Position numbers and translations under genes: made by a program. A DNA stretch of 64,000 nucleotides. Source: an uncultured delta proteobacterium. Lineage in GTDB: Bacteria; Myxococcota_A; Polyangia; Palsa-1104. Numbering within the stretch: the first letter of the stretch is position 1; the number at the start of each line of letters is the position of its first letter. Shown here one piece after another: positions 20,923 to 32,303 of this stretch. The notes beneath the pieces were generated by a model, which did no database searches, had not been told where the DNA came from, and worked only from the letters and a program-made list of their open reading frames with translations. Location: positions 352,001 through 416,000 of the forward strand of contig CAWAWS010000016.1 of the NCBI GenBank assembly GCA_963785725.1. Direction: 5' to 3'.

Positions 20923-23476
20923 ATGCGCCGAATTCGCCCGCACGCTGTAGTCGTTCGCCACGCTGTCGTCGGTCTGACCGCTTGGGCCATGTTGCAAGGG
21001 GCGGCCGTCGCGGCGCCGCCGTTGCCGGTGCCGCACGCGGCCGGCTACGACAAGCCGCCGCCGGACATCCTCGACGTGCTGCACGCGCCGACGTTGCCGC
21101 GCCCGCTGGTGAATCCGCCGGGCACGACGATTCTGCTCGTCGCGTGGAGGAATATCCGTCGATCGCGCGCGTGGCCGAGCCGTTCCTCCGTCTGGCCGGC
21201 GTGCGCGTCGAGCCGCGCACGCGCCGCAAGCACGACACGCCCGGCGGTTACGGCGTCAGCCCGTGCGTGCGCGACTTCGCGCTCGCCGACGTCGCCAGCG
21301 GCACGCAGACCAAGGTCACCTTGCCGCGCACCGGCTGCGTCGACAGCCCGCAGTGGTCGCCGAGCGGCAAGCAGTTCGTCTTTCAGCGCAGCAACGGCGA
21401 CGCGGTCGAGCTCTGGCTCGGCGACGCGGCGCACGGCGCCGTCCATCGCGTCGGCGACGTCAAGCTCAACCCGATGCTCGGCAGGGACACGGTGCAGTGG
21501 ATGCCCGACGGCAAGACGCTGCTCGTCAAGGTCGTGCCGTCGGGCATCGGGCCGCCGCCGATCGCGCCCGTGGCCACCGACGGCCCGAGCATCCAGGAGA
21601 CGAACGGCGAAAGGGCGAGAGCAGCACCTACGAGACGCGCGACACGCTGACGAGCAAGCACGACGAGGATCTGTTCGACTACTACGCGCGCGCGCAGCTC
21701 GCGCTCGTCGACACGCAGACGGGCCGCGTCACGCGCATCGGCAAGCCGGGCATCCTGGCCGAGGTCGACGTCGGCGCCCGACGGTGAGCACATCCTCGTG
21801 CAGACGATCCACAAGCCGTACTCGTACGTGACGACCTACGACCGCTTTCCGCGCGACGTCGAAGTGTGGAACCGCGCCGGCGTCGTCACGCGCAAGCTGG
21901 CGTCGCTGCCGCTGGCCGAGCGCGTGCCCGTCGCCGGCGTGCGCACCGGGCCGCGCGTCTTCGGCTGGCGCGCGACCGAGCCGGCGACGCTCGTGTGGGC
22001 CGAGGCGCTCGACGGCGGCGATTGGAACGTCAAGGTGCCGGCGCGCGACAAGGTGATGATGCAGAAGGCGCCGTTCGATCAGCCGGCCGTGGAGATTGCG
22101 CGCAGGTCGAGCGCTGCGTCGACATTTCCTGGGGCGAGCAGCCGAGCGTCGCGCTCTTGACCGAATACGACGAGAACCATCACTGGACGCGCACGTTCCT
22201 GCTCAACGTCGACGCGCGCGCGGACAAGCCGCGGCTCGTCTTCGACCACTCGACCGACGAGCATTACAAGAACCCGGGCAGCCCGGTCATGCGCGAGCTC
22301 CCCAACGGCGTCGCGGTCGTGCGCCAAGACGGCGACAGCATCTTCTTGCAGGGCATGGGCGCGTCGCCGGATGGCGACCGTCCGTTCCTCGATCGCCTCG
22401 ATCTGCGCACGCTGAAGACGGAGCGGCTGTTTCGTTCGGACAAGAGCGCGTTCGATCGCTTCCTCGCCTTCGCCGACCCGACGAGTCACGCGTTTCTGAC
22501 GTGGCATCAGTCGCCGACCGAGCCGCCGAACGCCTTTCTGCGAACGCTCGGCGCGCCCCAAGTCGCGGCCGCGGGCGAGCCGACCGTGGCGTCGACGGCG
22601 CGCGCGGTCACGCGCCTGACCGACCCGACGCCGGCCGTGCGCGCGATCAAGAAGCGCCTCGTCAAGTACAAGCGCAAGGACGGGCTCGACCTCTCGTTCA
22701 CGATCTACACGCCGCCCGGCTACAAAGAGGGCACGCGCGTGCCGGCGATCCTCTACGCCTATCCGCTCGACTACGCCGACGCGTCGAAGGCGGGCCAGGT
22801 GACGGGCTCGCAGCAGACGTTCACCGTGCTGCGCAAGTACAAGCTGCTCTTGCTGGCGGGTTACGCGATCATCGACATGGCGTCGTTCCCCATCGTCGGC
22901 GATCCCAAGAAGGCCTACGACCACTACCTCGATCAGCTCGTGGCCGACGCGAAGGCGGCCGTCGACAAGGCGGTCGAGATCGGCGTCGTCGATCGCGATC
23001 GCATCGGCGTGACCGGGCACAGCCACGGCGCGCTGATGACGGTGAACCTGTTGGCGCATTCGACGCTGTTCCGCGCCGGCGTGGCGACGAGCGGCTCGTA
23101 CAACAAGACGCTCACGCCCTTCGGCTTCCAGAACGAGCGGCGCTCGGTGTGGGACGCGCAGAGCGTCTATTTCCAGGCCTCGCCGTTCTTCTTCGCGCAC
23201 ACGCTGAAGGTGCCGCTGCTGCTCGTGCACGGCGCCGAGGACGCCAACCCGGGCACGACGCCGCTGCAGGCGCTCAAGCTGTTCGAAGCGATGCGCGGCA
23301 ACGGCGGCACGACGCGGCTCGTGATGCTGCCGCACGAGCCGCACTGGTACGCCGCCATGGAGTCGAACGAGCAGCTCGCCTACGAGATGATCCGCTGGTT
23401 CGATCTGTACGTGAAGAACGCGCCGTCGCCGGCCGCATCCGCGCCGCATTCGCCCGCCGCGTCGCTCACGCCGTAA
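20923..23476 (+). CDS. S9 family (prolyl oligopeptidase-like) peptidase, broken by about four single-base indels
   Basis: Signal peptide, then GYDKPP..I..VL.AP, PFLRLAGVR, beta-propeller WSPSG repeats, YKRKDG, GHSHG (Ser), HGAED (Asp) and LPHEPH (His). Frame breaks near 21146, 21612, 21772 and 22104. Confidence 0.85.
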
Positions 23477-23524
23477 CCCGCTCGGTGGCGACGCATCGGC
23501 GTCGCAATGGGCGTGCACGTTTGG

Positions 23525-23553
23525 TTGACAGACGCGCGCCACTTTGCTACCCC
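23525..23553 (+). promoter_or_regulatory. Probable sigma70 promoter of the tRNA gene
   Basis: TTGACA (23525-23530)-N17-TACCCC with an upstream TG (extended -10), 12 nt before the tRNA. Confidence 0.5.
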
Positions 23554-23565
23554 TTTTCGCCGCTT

Positions 23566-23639
23566 GGCTCCTTAGCTCAACTGGTTAGAGCAGACGCTTC
23601 ATACGCGTAAGGTTCGGGGTTCGAGTCCCTGAGGAGCCA
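23566..23639 (+). tRNA. tRNA with CAT anticodon, most likely elongator tRNA-Met (Ile2 not excluded); CCA not encoded
   Basis: Acceptor GGCTCCT/AGGAGCC plus discriminator A; D arm GCTC-AACTGGTTA-GAGC; anticodon arm gACGC-TTCATAC-GCGTa; T arm CGGGG-TTCGAGT-CCCTG. The 1-72 pair argues against initiator tRNA. Confidence 0.92.
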
Positions 23640-23878
23640 CTAGAGGTCCACCCGCCGCTTTCCGTCGTCACTCGCAACAAATCGCCCTTCGAAATCGAAA
23701 CGATCGCTCTCGCGCCGACGCGCAGGCCGCGACACGCGCGTCCGCCCGTGTCCCGAAGACGGTACACGTCCGTCGGCAAGCGAATGATCGAGCACAGTTT
23801 TTTCGCGTGCGTTCCGTCAAACAAGTTTGACGGAGGGCCGTTTGAAGGTCCATCTGCTGCATGGTAGGGTCCGCACCC

Positions 23879-26744
23879 ATGAAGTGCTTCGCTTGCGGCG
23901 TCGCGAATCGCGCCGGCTCTCTTCGCTGCTCGGGTTGCGGCGCGGAGCTGCCGCCGAGCTGCGCCGCGTGCGGAGCGGCCGTGCCCAAAGGCGTCGACCT
24001 GTGCGCCAACTGTCGGACCGAGCGCGTGCCGGAGGCGCTCGCCGTCGAGCCAAGTAGCGACGACGGCGACGACGCCGAGCTCCTCGACGACGCCGAGCTG
24101 ATCGAAGAGACGCCGCGCTTTCCGACGCAGACGCGCTTCGTCGGCCGCTCGGCGCAGCTGACGCAGCTCATGTCGCTCGTCGATGGCGCGCGTAAAGGCG
24201 AGCTCGGCTTCGTGGCGCTGCTCGGTCCCTCGGGGATCGGCAAGACGCGGCTCATCGACGAGCTGGCGACGCAGCTGCGCCGGCGCGGCGACGTGCGCGT
24301 CCTGTCGACGGTGGCGCCGGGCGGGCCGGGCGCGACGCCGTTCGGGCCGTTCGAGCGCCTCTTGCGCGAGCGCTTCGGCGTGACCGAGACGATGTCGACC
24401 GAGATGGGCCGCGCCCGCATCGCGTCGGTCGTCGGTGAGCGCGTGCCCGGCTCGCGGGCGACCGAAGTGACGCACCTCCTGGCGCAGCTCGTTCAGCTGC
24501 CCTATCCCGACTCGGCCGTCATCGGCGAGCTGGCGGAGACGCCGGCGCAGCTCGAGGCGCGCACGTTCATCGCGCTCAAGCGCTTCTTGGCCGCCGACGC
24601 CGCGGTGCAGCCGCTCGTCATCGTGCTCGACGACGGCGAGCGCGCGTCGCCGGAGACGATCAACCTGTGGCACTACTTGGCCGCGGGGTTGGCGTCGTCG
24701 CCGGTGCTGCTGGCGTGCGTGGCGCGACCGGCGCTATTCGAGAGCCATCCCACCTTCGGCGAAGGCGACGCGCCCTTGACGCGCATCGACTTGGGACCGC
24801 TGCCGCCCGCCGAAGCCGCCGAGCTGTTCGCCGAGCTGTGCAAGCCGGCCGGTCCGCCGCCGCCGTCGCTGCAGCGGCATGTCGAAGGGCGCGCCAAAGG
24901 CGTGCCGCGCGCGCTCGTCGAGCTGGTGCGCTATCTGCTCGAGCTCGGCGCCATCGTCAGCGGCGACGGCGACGGTTGGCGCTTCGAGCCCGGCAAGCTG
25001 CTCGGCGCGCCCTTGCCGGACGACTTGGGCGGCCTCGTCGCCGAGCGGCTGCGCGTCATGGCGCCGGCCGAGCGCGACCTCTTGGAAAAAGCAGCCGCGT
25101 GCGGCGAGTCGTTCTGGCTCGACGCCGTGGTCATGCTGGTCCGCGCCGCCGCCGTGTACGACGAGAGCGGTGCCGGCAGCCCCGACGGTCCGACGCTCGC
25201 CGAAGTCGAAGCCGCCGGCGATCGCACGCGCGCCGAGGTCGAAGCCGCGCTCGCCGAGCTCGGCCGCCGCGGCATCCTCGTCGCGCAGCGCCACACGACC
25301 ATCCCCGGCGAGCGCGAATATCGCTTCGCCTATCCGCCCTGGTTCGAGGTCGTCTACGATCGCGTCGACGGCGCCGCGCGCAACCGCTACCACCGCCTGA
25401 TCGCGCAGTGGCTCGAGCTGCGTCCGACCGGTCGCGGCGAAGAAGAACAAGAGGAGATCGGCCGTCACCTCGAGCGCGCCGGCGAGGGCGACGGCGCCTC
25501 GGTCCGCTATCGTCGCGCCGGCGACGCGGCGCGGGCGCGCTATTACAACGACAAAGCCGTGCGCCTGTACGACGCCGCCCTCGCCTGCCTCGGTCGCGGC
25601 GACTTGGCGTCGCGCATCCACTTGTGGCACGACCTCGGCAGCGTCTATCAGCTCAAAGGCGAGCTCGATCAGGCGCTGCAGGCGTTCGAGCGCATGTTGC
25701 GGCTGGCCTGGGTCGTGGCGTCGCGCACCAAAGCGGCCGTCGCCTTCAACAAAATGGGCCGCATTCACCGGCAAAAAGGCGATCTCACGGTCGCGCTCGA
25801 CTATTTGGAGCGCGGGCGCGAGCTGTTCGTGCAAGGCGGTGACGTGCGCGGCGTGGCCGGCTCGCTCGACGACATCGGCCAGGTCTTGTGGCTGCTGGCC
25901 CGCTACGACGAGGCGCTCGACCGCTCGGCGGCGGCGCTGGAGACGCGGCGCAAGCTCGGCGATCGCCGCGCCATCGCCGCGTCGCTGATGAACATCGGCA
26001 ACATCGAGCGTCACCGCGGCCTCTTCGACGAAGCCGACGCCTGCTATCACGAGGCGCTCGAGCTGCGCCGCGGGCTCGAAGATCAGGCGGGCATCGTGCA
26101 GTGCGAGAACGGGATGGGCGTGCTGGCGTTTCAGCGCGGTCAGGTCGTCGAGGCGCGCAAGATTCTGGGAGTCGGCGCTGGCCGAAGCCGAGCGCATCGG
26201 CGCCTTGCCGCTGCAGGCGCTGCTCTTGTCGCACCTCGGCGAAGCGGCGCGCGTCGACGGTTCGCGCGCCGAAGCCCAGCAGCGCTTCGTGGCCGCGCTG
26301 GCGCTGGCGCACGATCTCGATGACAAGCGGCTGACGGCCGAGGTCGAGCGCCACTTGGGGCTCATCGATCTGGAGTCGGGCGAGCACGAGCGCGCGCTCG
26401 AGCGCTGCGAGCAGTCGCTGACGATCGCCACCGCCGCCGGCATCCGCGTCGACGTCGGCCGCGCCCTCGTCGCGCTCGGCGAAGTGCACGCCGCCACGCT
26501 CTTCGACGACACCGGACACGGCGAGCTCAGCGCCGAGGACTACTTCACGCGCGGCGTGCAGCTGTTCCGCGACATCGGCAACGAAGCCGAGCTCGGCCTC
26601 GGCCTCGAGCGCTTCGGCCGCTATCGCGTCGAGCGCGGCAACGTCACCGAGGGCAAGCAGCTCCTGACCGAGGCCGAGGCCATCTTCCGCCGCCTCGGCA
26701 TGCGCGCCGGCGACGCCCTGCGCCTCGTCATCGGCGAGCTGTAG
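23879..26744 (+). CDS. Double zinc ribbon / AAA (STAND-like) ATPase / TPR protein, with a +1 indel near 26165
   Basis: CFAC..CSGC..CAAC..CANC; FVGR; Walker A GPSGIGKT; Walker B VIVLDD; TPR repeats that continue in ORF 26205-26744. Confidence 0.8.
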
Positions 26745-26770
26745 AGCGGCTCGCGCGTCGCTGCTCAGCG

Positions 26771-27706
26771 TTAGAACCGCGACGGCGTGGCCAGGTCGCG
26801 GTTGCGCTCGGCCTCGTGACGCTCGAGGTGGACGATCGCCTGCTTCGCCAGGTCGCGCATCTCGGGGCTGTCATGGCCCGACGAGACGAACTCCAAGTAG
26901 GCGCGCGCTTCGGGACCGCCGATCGTCGCCAGCGCATCCAACACCTTCGGTAGATCGCCGGTATCGTAGAACTTGGCCACGTCGGTGAGTGGATGCACGG
27001 CGCGCGGATCGCCGATCGCCGCCAGCGCGCCGATGGCCCGATCGCGCACGGCGTGATCGTCGCTCTTGAGCCGCCGAATCAGCGCCGGCACCGCCTGCGA
27101 CGCGCGCCGATCGGCGGCCAGCGTCATCGCCTCGTCACGCAAGTCGTCGTCGCTGCCGTCGATGGCGGTGACGATCGCGGCGACGTCGCCGGCGGCCAAG
27201 CGCACGCGCGCGCCGACGCCGGCCACGCAGTCGGCGATGGCGCGCTCGGCGTGCGCTTGCCACGCCGGCTCGCCCTTGGCGCCGACGACAAACGCGCGCT
27301 CGGCCAGCGCCGACTGCTCGAACGACAGCGCGCCCGGCTCGCCGCCGATGGGCGTCAAATGCGCGGCGACCAGCGCGCGCAAATTCCCCTTCTTCGTCGT
27401 CGCGTCCTCGGCCGCGCCGATCTCGAGCTCGACGCGCAGGCGATAGCGCGGCTGCTTCGCGTCCTTGGAATCCGGCGTCGCGTCGGCGCCGCCGTCTTCG
27501 TGCACGACGATGCCCGCCGATTTGGCGATCGCCGTCAAGGCCGCGTCATGCAGCCGCGCCTCGTCGAGCTTGGGCGCGCCGTCGGCGTCTTGCCCTTTGT
27601 AGAGCACGCGCACCTCGGCCACTTGCGGCGGCTGCGGCGCGGACTTGCGCGGACAGCCGGCCAGCGTCACCAGCGCCAACAGCGGCCAAACGAGCCTCAC
27701 CTGCAC
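26771..27706 (-). CDS. HEAT-repeat lipoprotein
   Basis: Lipobox TLAG-C; C-terminal AVPALIRRL...VRDRAIGALAAIGDPRAVHPL PBS-HEAT repeats. Confidence 0.75.
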   Translation of the reverse strand: MQVRLVWPLLALVTLAGCPRKSAPQPPQVAEVRVLYKGQDADGAPKLDEARLHDAALTAIAKSAGIVVHEDGGADATPDSKDAKQPRYRLRVELEIGAAEDATTKKGNLRALVAAHLTPIGGEPGALSFEQSALAERAFVVGAKGEPAWQAHAERAIADCVAGVGARVRLAAGDVAAIVTAIDGSDDDLRDEAMTLAADRRASQAVPALIRRLKSDDHAVRDRAIGALAAIGDPRAVHPLTDVAKFYDTGDLPKVLDALATIGGPEARAYLEFVSSGHDSPEMRDLAKQAIVHLERHEAERNRDLATPSRF

Positions 27707-27709
27707 ATC

Positions 27710-28231
27710 TTACAGGCGCTTCAACATGACCAACAGGTCGTCGCCCGGGCGATAGAAGTCGAGCATCTCGGCGACGACGGGATAGTGCAGCCGCTCGTAG
27801 AACGCGCGCGCCGCGCCGTAGCCGTCGAGGCGCGACGTCTCGACGCGCACCAGCCGGCCGCCGACGGCGCGCACTTCGTCCTCCATGCGCGTCGTCAGCG
27901 CGCGCGCCAAGCCGGCGCCGCGCGCGTCGGGATGCACGGCAATCCAATACAGATCCCACGTGCCTTCGGTCATCGGCGTCGGGCCGTAGCAGATGTAACC
28001 GGCGAGCGCGCCGTTCAGATCGGCGCACAGGACGCGATATTCGCCGCCCGGCTCAGCGAGCGCGGCGTCGATGAGCTCGAGCGCGACCGACACCTCCTCG
28101 CGCGTGAAGAGCCCGTCCTTCGTCAAGAGCTGGTGCAGCGGCACTCGATCGCGCAGCTGCAGCGGGCGAATCGAGGTCTGCGCCGGCAACGGCGAGGGCT
28201 TGAGGCGATGCTGCACGTTCTCCGACGACAT
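27710..28231 (-). CDS. GNAT family N-acetyltransferase
   Basis: GYICYGPTPMTEGTWDLYWIAVHP..RGAG...VETS...Y..ARAFY...DFY..GD. Confidence 0.88.
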   Translation of the reverse strand: MSSENVQHRLKPSPLPAQTSIRPLQLRDRVPLHQLLTKDGLFTREEVSVALELIDAALAEPGGEYRVLCADLNGALAGYICYGPTPMTEGTWDLYWIAVHPDARGAGLARALTTRMEDEVRAVGGRLVRVETSRLDGYGAARAFYERLHYPVVAEMLDFYRPGDDLLVMLKRL

Positions 28232-29267
28232 GAGTGCTCTCTTGGTGGTGGCGCGCCATCGCCGTCATGACGATGCGCACGATTAAGTCGCGATAAGCGA
28301 GGCCGGCGAACGACGCCGCACGGCAGACGCCGGCGCCGTCGGACAAGTCGCAGTTGGGGTTGACGTCGATGACCCAGGGCACGCCGTCGCCGTCGAGGCG
28401 CAGGTCGACGCGCGCGTAGTCGCGCAGCTCGAGCGCGACGAAGGCGGCGCGGGCGACGTCGTGACAGCGCGCCCGGGTCGCCTCGTCGAGCTGCTCGGCT
28501 TTGATCGACCGCGTGCCTTTGTATTCTTGCGAATCGGGGAGCCATTTGCCGTCGTAGGTGACGATGGCGGGCGCGCCCGACGGCATCTCGCTGAAGTCGA
28601 CCTCGTGCATCGGCAGCGCCGCCAGCGACGGGCCGTTGCCGACGAGCGACACATACAGCTCGCGTCCGACGACGAAGGGCTCGACGAGCGCCGACTGCCG
28701 ATAGCGTGCGACGATCTCGTTAACGCGCTCCTTTAGCGACGCCCGATCGTGCACCACCGAGCGCAGCCAGATGCCGGTCGACGCATCCTCGCGCGTCGGC
28801 TTGACGATGAGCGGGAACGGCGGCAGCTCCCCGTCCGGCGGCAACTTACCGTCGCTGACGAAGCCGCCCGGCGTGGGCACGCCCTGAGCGCGCAAGATGG
28901 CCTTCGTGCGATCCTTGCGTAGCGCCGTGCCCAGCGCCAACGGGCCGGAGCCGCTATAAGCGAGGCCGGCGAGCTCGAGCAGCGACGGCAACAGCGTCTC
29001 GTGGCGCGCGTCGCCGGCCAGCGATTCGCACAGGTTGAACACGAGATCGGGCGCGCTCGCCTGCAATTGCGCGACGAGCTGCGCGGCGGCGGCACAGTCG
29101 TCGGGCGCGGCCAGCAGCGTCGCGTCGTGGCCCGCTTCGGTCAGCGCGCGGGCGATGTCGCGAGCGGCGTTCTCGACGTCGGCGCGCGAAGCAAACTCGG
29201 GATCATCTTCGGCCGAAAAGTCCCGGTTGTGCACGATGGCGATGCACAACCGTCGCGGATGGCCCAT
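28053..29267 (-). CDS. D-Ala--D-Ala ligase-like ATP-grasp enzyme
   Basis: DLVFNLCE, YSGSG, IVKPTREDASTGI, LVEPFVVGRE, TYDGKW, YARVDLR and DVNPN. Lacks the canonical N-terminal GGxSxE. The tail overlaps the GNAT gene by 179 nt. Confidence 0.82.
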   Translation of the reverse strand: MGHPRRLCIAIVHNRDFSAEDDPEFASRADVENAARDIARALTEAGHDATLLAAPDDCAAAAQLVAQLQASAPDLVFNLCESLAGDARHETLLPSLLELAGLAYSGSGPLALGTALRKDRTKAILRAQGVPTPGGFVSDGKLPPDGELPPFPLIVKPTREDASTGIWLRSVVHDRASLKERVNEIVARYRQSALVEPFVVGRELYVSLVGNGPSLAALPMHEVDFSEMPSGAPAIVTYDGKWLPDSQEYKGTRSIKAEQLDEATRARCHDVARAAFVALELRDYARVDLRLDGDGVPWVIDVNPNCDLSDGAGVCRAASFAGLAYRDLIVRIVMTAMARHHQESTHVVGERAASPQALAVAGADLDSPAAAARSSAAAPALDEGRALHARGGVGRARAHRRRAR

Positions 29268-29315
29268 CGAGTGGCGTCCCGGCGACGACTGCGCCGTTTC
29301 GAACGCGCTTGGCGG

Positions 29316-30056
29316 TTATTCTACGGAGGGTCGATCCAATTGCAACGATTCATTGGCGCCGATTTCGCGCCCGACCTCGTGCAACGTGTGTCCCGACAAG
29401 CGCGCGAACGCCGCCGCAAACTCGGCTGCCACCGTCGGTAAATCGGGCGTCGTGTGCGACTCGGCGGCGATCGACGTCACGCGCCGATTGGACAGCCCAC
29501 ACGGCACGATGAGCGCGAAATGGTCGAGCGCCGTGTTGACGTTGAGCGCCAGGCCATGAATCGCGACGCGGCGATGGACGTGCACGCCGATCGCCGCCAG
29601 CTTGGCGTCCGGCGTCCACACGCCCGGGCAGTCGCGATCGAAGCGCGCCGTCACGCCATGCTGCGCCGCGACGTCGACCGCCGCCTGCGCCAGCCGCTCG
29701 ACGTGCGCCACCACGCCGTCGACGAGCCGCACGACCGGATAGGCCACGAGCTGCCCCGGCCCGTGATAGGTCACGTCGCCGCCGCGCGACGAGCGCACGA
29801 CGGCGACACCGCGCGCCGCCAATTCCTCGGGCGTGGCCAGCAGATTCTCGGGCTTGGTCCGCCGCCCCATCGTGATCGTCGCCGGATGCTCCAGCAGCAG
29901 TAACGTCTCCGCCGCTAAGTCGCCGTCGAGGATGCGGGCGCGCAGCCGCTCCATGCGGGCCACCGCGTCATCGTAGTCGACGCGTCCGAGCCAGGCCCAG
30001 CCGAGCCTCCCCAGCCCTCGCCCTCGCCCGTCGGCGCTAGGAAGGGCGAGACTCAT
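29316..30056 (-). CDS. lipB: Lipoyl(octanoyl) transferase
   Basis: LLLEHP, RGGDVTYHGPGQLVAYP, KLAAIG, HGLALN and IVPCG. Confidence 0.95.
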   Translation of the reverse strand: MSLALPSADGRGRGLGRLGWAWLGRVDYDDAVARMERLRARILDGDLAAETLLLLEHPATITMGRRTKPENLLATPEELAARGVAVVRSSRGGDVTYHGPGQLVAYPVVRLVDGVVAHVERLAQAAVDVAAQHGVTARFDRDCPGVWTPDAKLAAIGVHVHRRVAIHGLALNVNTALDHFALIVPCGLSNRRVTSIAAESHTTPDLPTVAAEFAAAFARLSGHTLHEVGREIGANESLQLDRPSVE

Positions 30057-32144
30057 CCCTCGGTGAGCTCGCCGAAGAAGTCGAGATCGAGGTAGTCGAC
30101 CGGGATGGCGACGCGACGCACGCCGAGGCCGTGCTCGATGAGCAGCGCCGCCAACGCGTTGCCGTCGTAGAGCGTGACGCCGCCCTGCTTGAGCTCGGTG
30201 AGCGCCTCGGCGTTGGGATTGCCACCGGCGAAGAGGAGCCCTTCGTCGAAGCCCTTGGCGGCCAAGCCCGCGCGCAATTCGCCGACGGCGCGGCGGTTGA
30301 TCTCGGACTCGCTCGGCCGGAGCGCGACCAGCGTGCGCACCGTGCCCGCGCCGGCCGTGCGCGTGCCGCCGAAGTAGGCGACGCCCTCGCCGCGACGAAT
30401 CAGCTCGACGGCGCCGATGCCGAGCTTGTCGCACAGCGTGCGGCCGAGCGCCTCGAATGCCGGCGGCGCCAAGCGGCCGACGCGACGACGAATGACGGCG
30501 CGGGTCGCGTCGCCCAGCTTGACGACGCGATCGCCGAGCTCGCGCTCAGCCGAGTACAGCTCGGGATCGAGCCGCTTGTCGGCCGCCTGGAACTGGCCGC
30601 CGCCGACGTTGCGCACCCGCGCCCTAAGGCCGGCCGCTTCGCGCTCGCGCCGCTCACCGACGAGCGCCATGCGGATGAGGCGGACGAGATTGACCGGCGC
30701 CGTGCGCGCGTCGACGAGCCGCCGCTTGGCTGCCGTCTCGGCGATGAGCCGCACGTGCATCGGCCGCCCGTCGGAGTTGCGCAGCACGTCGAGCACTGCC
30801 TCGACGAGGCCGGCGGCCGGCTTGCCGTCGCGAATCGGCCCGTCGCTCGCGGTCGCGGTCGCGGCGGCCGGCGGTCGCGCTCGTCGCCGGCGCGTGCGCC
30901 GGACGATCATGCGGCGCGTGCGGGCGCGGCGAAGCGCCATGCTGCGACTGCGGACGCGGTCCGCTCGACTGCGCCGACGACGACTGCTGCGCCGGCTTGT
31001 CGCCGGGCTTGCCGTGGCGCGCCTCCGCGCCGCGCTTGTGCCGATGGTCGCGCCGATGGCGCTCGTCGCGCGAGCCGCGAATCTCCGGACGCACGACGCG
31101 ATCGTCGTCGGTGCGCGTCACGTCTTCGGCGCCGTGCGCCGGCGCCAACAGCGGTCCCGTGTCGTGATCGAAGTCGGCGTCGAGATCCTCGGCATTGTCG
31201 AGTAGCTCTTCGCCACCGACCGTGCCTTCATCGTCGCCGACGGCCGTTCCTGCCGCTTCGCCTTCGGGCGGCAACGTCTCCGCCGTCTCCAGCGCGACAT
31301 CGGCCGATTCCACGGCCGTGGCCGCCGATTCCGTCGCAGCCACCGCCGCCGGCGCGTCGAACGCCGCCGCCGCGCGCGTCGTCACCGCCGGCGCGCTCGC
31401 CGCCGCGACGGCCGCTTTCGGCTCGTCCGCGTCGTCCGCATCATCGTCATCGCCGGCATCCGCCGCGTCGACGCTCGGCGAGCCTTGCCGGCGCCGTCCG
31501 CGACCACCCCGCCGCCGCCGCCGCTTCTTTTCGCCCGCCGCGTCGCCTGCCGCGCCTTCGGCGGCCGCCGCTTCGGCCGGTGCGACCGTCGCCGTCGCGT
31601 CGCCGGCCGGCGCGCTCGCCGCTTCCGCCGCCGGCTTGACGGGCTCGCTCGCCGCCGCGACCGCAGCGCCAGCCGTTGCCGCGACCTTCGGCGCGCTCGC
31701 GCCCTCGGCCGCGGCTTCGCTCTCGCCGTCGCCATCAGCCGTGTCCTCGGCGGCGGTGTCGTCGCCGGCCGTGCCGTCGGCGCGACGTCCGCCACGCCGG
31801 CGCCGGCGCCGCCCCTTCTTGGGCTCGTCGGCGGCGCCTGCGACCGCCGTCGCATCGCCCTCCGCCTTCACCGCGGACGGCGTGCCGTTGGCCGGCTTGG
31901 CCGCCGGCGCCGGCTTCGGCGGGTAGACGTGCAAACCGAACGTGTCCGGCTTGATGCGCACGAGATCGGGATGCGATGCGGCCCGTGCCATCGCCTCGTC
32001 GAGCCGCTCTTGCATGGTGGCCTCGGGATCGCGCCCGATGACCGACAGGAGGTTGTGCTTCACCGCCAGCTCTGCCAACCGCCGAATGCTCAGCGGCTGG
32101 CCTTCTCGCTTGAGAACCTCAATCGCAGCGTCGACGAAAGTCAT
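30053..32144 (-). CDS. Protein with two HARE-type winged HTH domains, a long disordered linker and an Mrr-like endonuclease-fold C-terminus (+1 indel near 30875)
   Basis: MTFVDAAIEVLKREGQPL...LAELAVKHNL; a second GLVEAVLDVLR...PMHVRLIAE; C-terminal LAPPAFEAL...VGELR...GLLF...LYDG..LAALLIEHGLGV. ORFs 30654-32144 and 30053-30940 join by one indel. Confidence 0.7.
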
Positions 32145-32303
32145 CCGAGTCTCACCAAAGTGGGCTGAGTGTTAACCCAAAAAGTTGCGGCTGTCGACGG
32201 GCGCCTGTAACACCGAAAATGACACATCGTGCGTGTCGACCCGGACGCGGCCCTCGCGAAGGCCGCCGGGCAGACGACCCGCAGCGACGGCACGGAGCTT
32301 GAG

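Noticed and set aside
20923..23476. Programmed ribosomal frameshifting
   Set aside because: Four shifts in mixed directions with no slippery heptamer; sequencing error is simpler.
23566..23880. Integrative element at the tRNA
   Set aside because: No integrase follows, and I saw no duplicate of the tRNA 3' end in the window.
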